64,000 nt of DNA from Octopus sinensis. Its lineage: Eukaryota. How positions within the stretch are numbered: position 1 is the stretch's first letter; each line of letters starts with the position of its first letter. This document shows positions 62,365-64,000 of the stretch, in pieces. Both the position numbers and the translations under genes were made by a program. The stretch covers positions 46,314,001 through 46,378,000 of the forward strand of contig NC_043014.1 in the NCBI RefSeq assembly GCF_006345805.1, in the 5' to 3' direction. The notes under the pieces are model-generated. The model ran no database searches. It saw only the letters and a list, made by a program, of their open reading frames with translations, and was not told where the DNA came from.

Positions 62365-62700
62365 AGCCAGGAAGACATTATTCTCATTAAGGAACGTGAT
62401 TGACAGCGTGCAAATGCTAAGTCATTCGAAGGCGAAGAATTTGTCACCCAGCATAGATTAGTGGTTTGCGATTTCATAATATCTGGATGAGCTGTGAGAT
62501 GCAAATCCCTCTGGAGACAGAAGACATGGATGTTGGAAGAACCGTTTTGGTCCAGTCATTGGTTAAGAGAAATTCTAGTTGATGGTTATGACAGAAAAGA
62601 GACACAAGATATAGACCTTACAGAAGAGGGGACACTATGGGTTGCTGTTTGGATCTGTGGGTGGTGCAAGATGACATCATGGTAGTGCGAGGATAGAATT
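62365..62700 (+). mobile_element. RTE APE-endonuclease C-terminal fragment
   Basis: SQEDIILIKERD*…AKSFEGEEFVTQHRLVVCDF matches the RTE motif SQIDYIL…K.FPGEEC..QHRLVV.DF. Confidence 0.7.
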
Positions 62701-63014
62701 ATGAAAGCAAAAGCTAATATATATATATATATATATATATCTGCGATTATTTGGTAAGCAATGCCGATTTTACACTTCTGTAAATAATAATAATAATAAT
62801 CATATTTTATAAGCTTAAAGCTTATATGCGGTCACCATGCATTAACCAAGATAAAGAGTCTTAGATATATTATATAGAAAACACTGCCAGATCAGACTGG
62901 AGCCTGGTGCAGCCTCCTGGCTTCCCAGACCCCAGTTGAACCGTCCAACCCATGCTAGCATGGAAAGCGGACGTTAAATGATGATGATGATATGTATATA
63001 TATATTATATATAT

Positions 63015-63425
63015 AGGCACAGGAGAGGCTGTGTGGTAAGTAGCTTGCTAACCAACCACATGGTTCCAGGTTCAGTCCTACTGTGTGGCATCTTGGGCAA
63101 GTGTCTTCTACTATAGCCTCGGGCCGACCAAAGCCTTGTGAGTGGATTTGGTAGACGGAAACTGAAAGAAGCCTGTTGTATATATGTATATATATATATA
63201 TATGTATGTGTGTTTGTGTGTCTGTGTTTGTCTCCCTAGCATTGCTTGACAACCGATGCTGGTGTGTTTACGTCCCCGTCACTTAGCGGTTCGGCAAAAA
63301 AACCGATAGAATAAGTTACTGGGCTTACAAAGAATAAGTCCCGGAGTCGATTTGCTCGACTAAAGGCGGTGCTCCAGCATGGCCGCAGTCAAATGACTGA
63401 AACAAATAAAAGAGTAAAAGAGTAT
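63015..63425 (+). mobile_element. Full-length SINE family A copy
   Basis: Near-consensus head, body and tail. Confidence 0.9.
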
Positions 63426-63799
63426 GTCATTATCATTTTAATGTTCATTCTGCTATGCTTGCATGGGTCAGGTGGAGTTTATTGAGGTAGATTCTTTCCT
63501 GTTGTCAAGCCTTGCTTGTTTTCTTTGCAAGTTACTGTTTCTCCTTGGTTGGACATGTTTTCACGAAATATCGGTGACGAACGACACTGCTTCTATGACA
63601 GTGACAATCGTTTACAACTTTCACGTGATGTCCAGACAAAGTCCCCCCCCCCCCAACACACACGCACGCATACACGCGCGACAGGCTTATTCCAGTTTCT
63701 GTCGATCAGATCCACTTGCAAGACTTTAATTATCCTGGTGCTTTGGGATATGTCCTACATGCCACACAGTGGCACCGAACTTATAACCATGTATGTATA

Positions 63800-64000
63800 T
63801 GTGTATATGTATATATCACCTTGACTGACCAGTCCGTCAGGTGTCCATTTGACACCGCTGGTCACAGCACGCTGTCCATTCCTCTCTGGATCTGGATCGC
63901 GCCTTTCTCATCCACGTGATCCCAATCGTCCTCCTGAAATTGTAACTCCACCATCGTGGAGGTCTTCCGGGTGGTCTTTTCCGCTCGCGTGGGTACCACT
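63800..64000 (-). mobile_element. RTE ORF2 C-terminal fragment
   Basis: The minus strand encodes WYPRERKRPPGRPPRWWSYNFRRTIGITWMRKAR…EEW. Confidence 0.75.

Overview
This is AT-rich, microsatellite-saturated animal genomic DNA. The repeat families look like those of octopus (inferred from memory, not from a search). Recognisable host gene content is small: the terminal exon of an SLC16/MCT-like transporter (8045-8313, +), a signal-peptide first coding exon (56872-56944, +), a few weak minus-strand exon candidates, an intact-looking tRNA-Asp(GTC) (44778-44849, -) and a 5S rRNA pseudogene split by a CR1-type LINE. The rest is a dense retroelement landscape: at least four tRNA-headed or LINE-tailed SINE families, fragments of RTE, CR1/L2-group, Penelope-like, RLE-type and gypsy elements, and several MITEs and fold-back palindromes. 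Almost all of the supplied ORFs are microsatellite artefacts. The most interesting layer is structured RNA. It includes a near-canonical type I hammerhead ribozyme present on both strands of a head-to-head palindrome (14880-15040), further minimal hammerhead-like motifs in Penelope-like repeat ends, an HDV-like ribozyme candidate at the 5' end of a deleted RTE element (31812-31945), a terminator-less tRNA running into a SINE, and a covarying 3' stem-loop shared by a LINE and a SINE. All folds and family assignments were made by eye and need computational and experimental confirmation.
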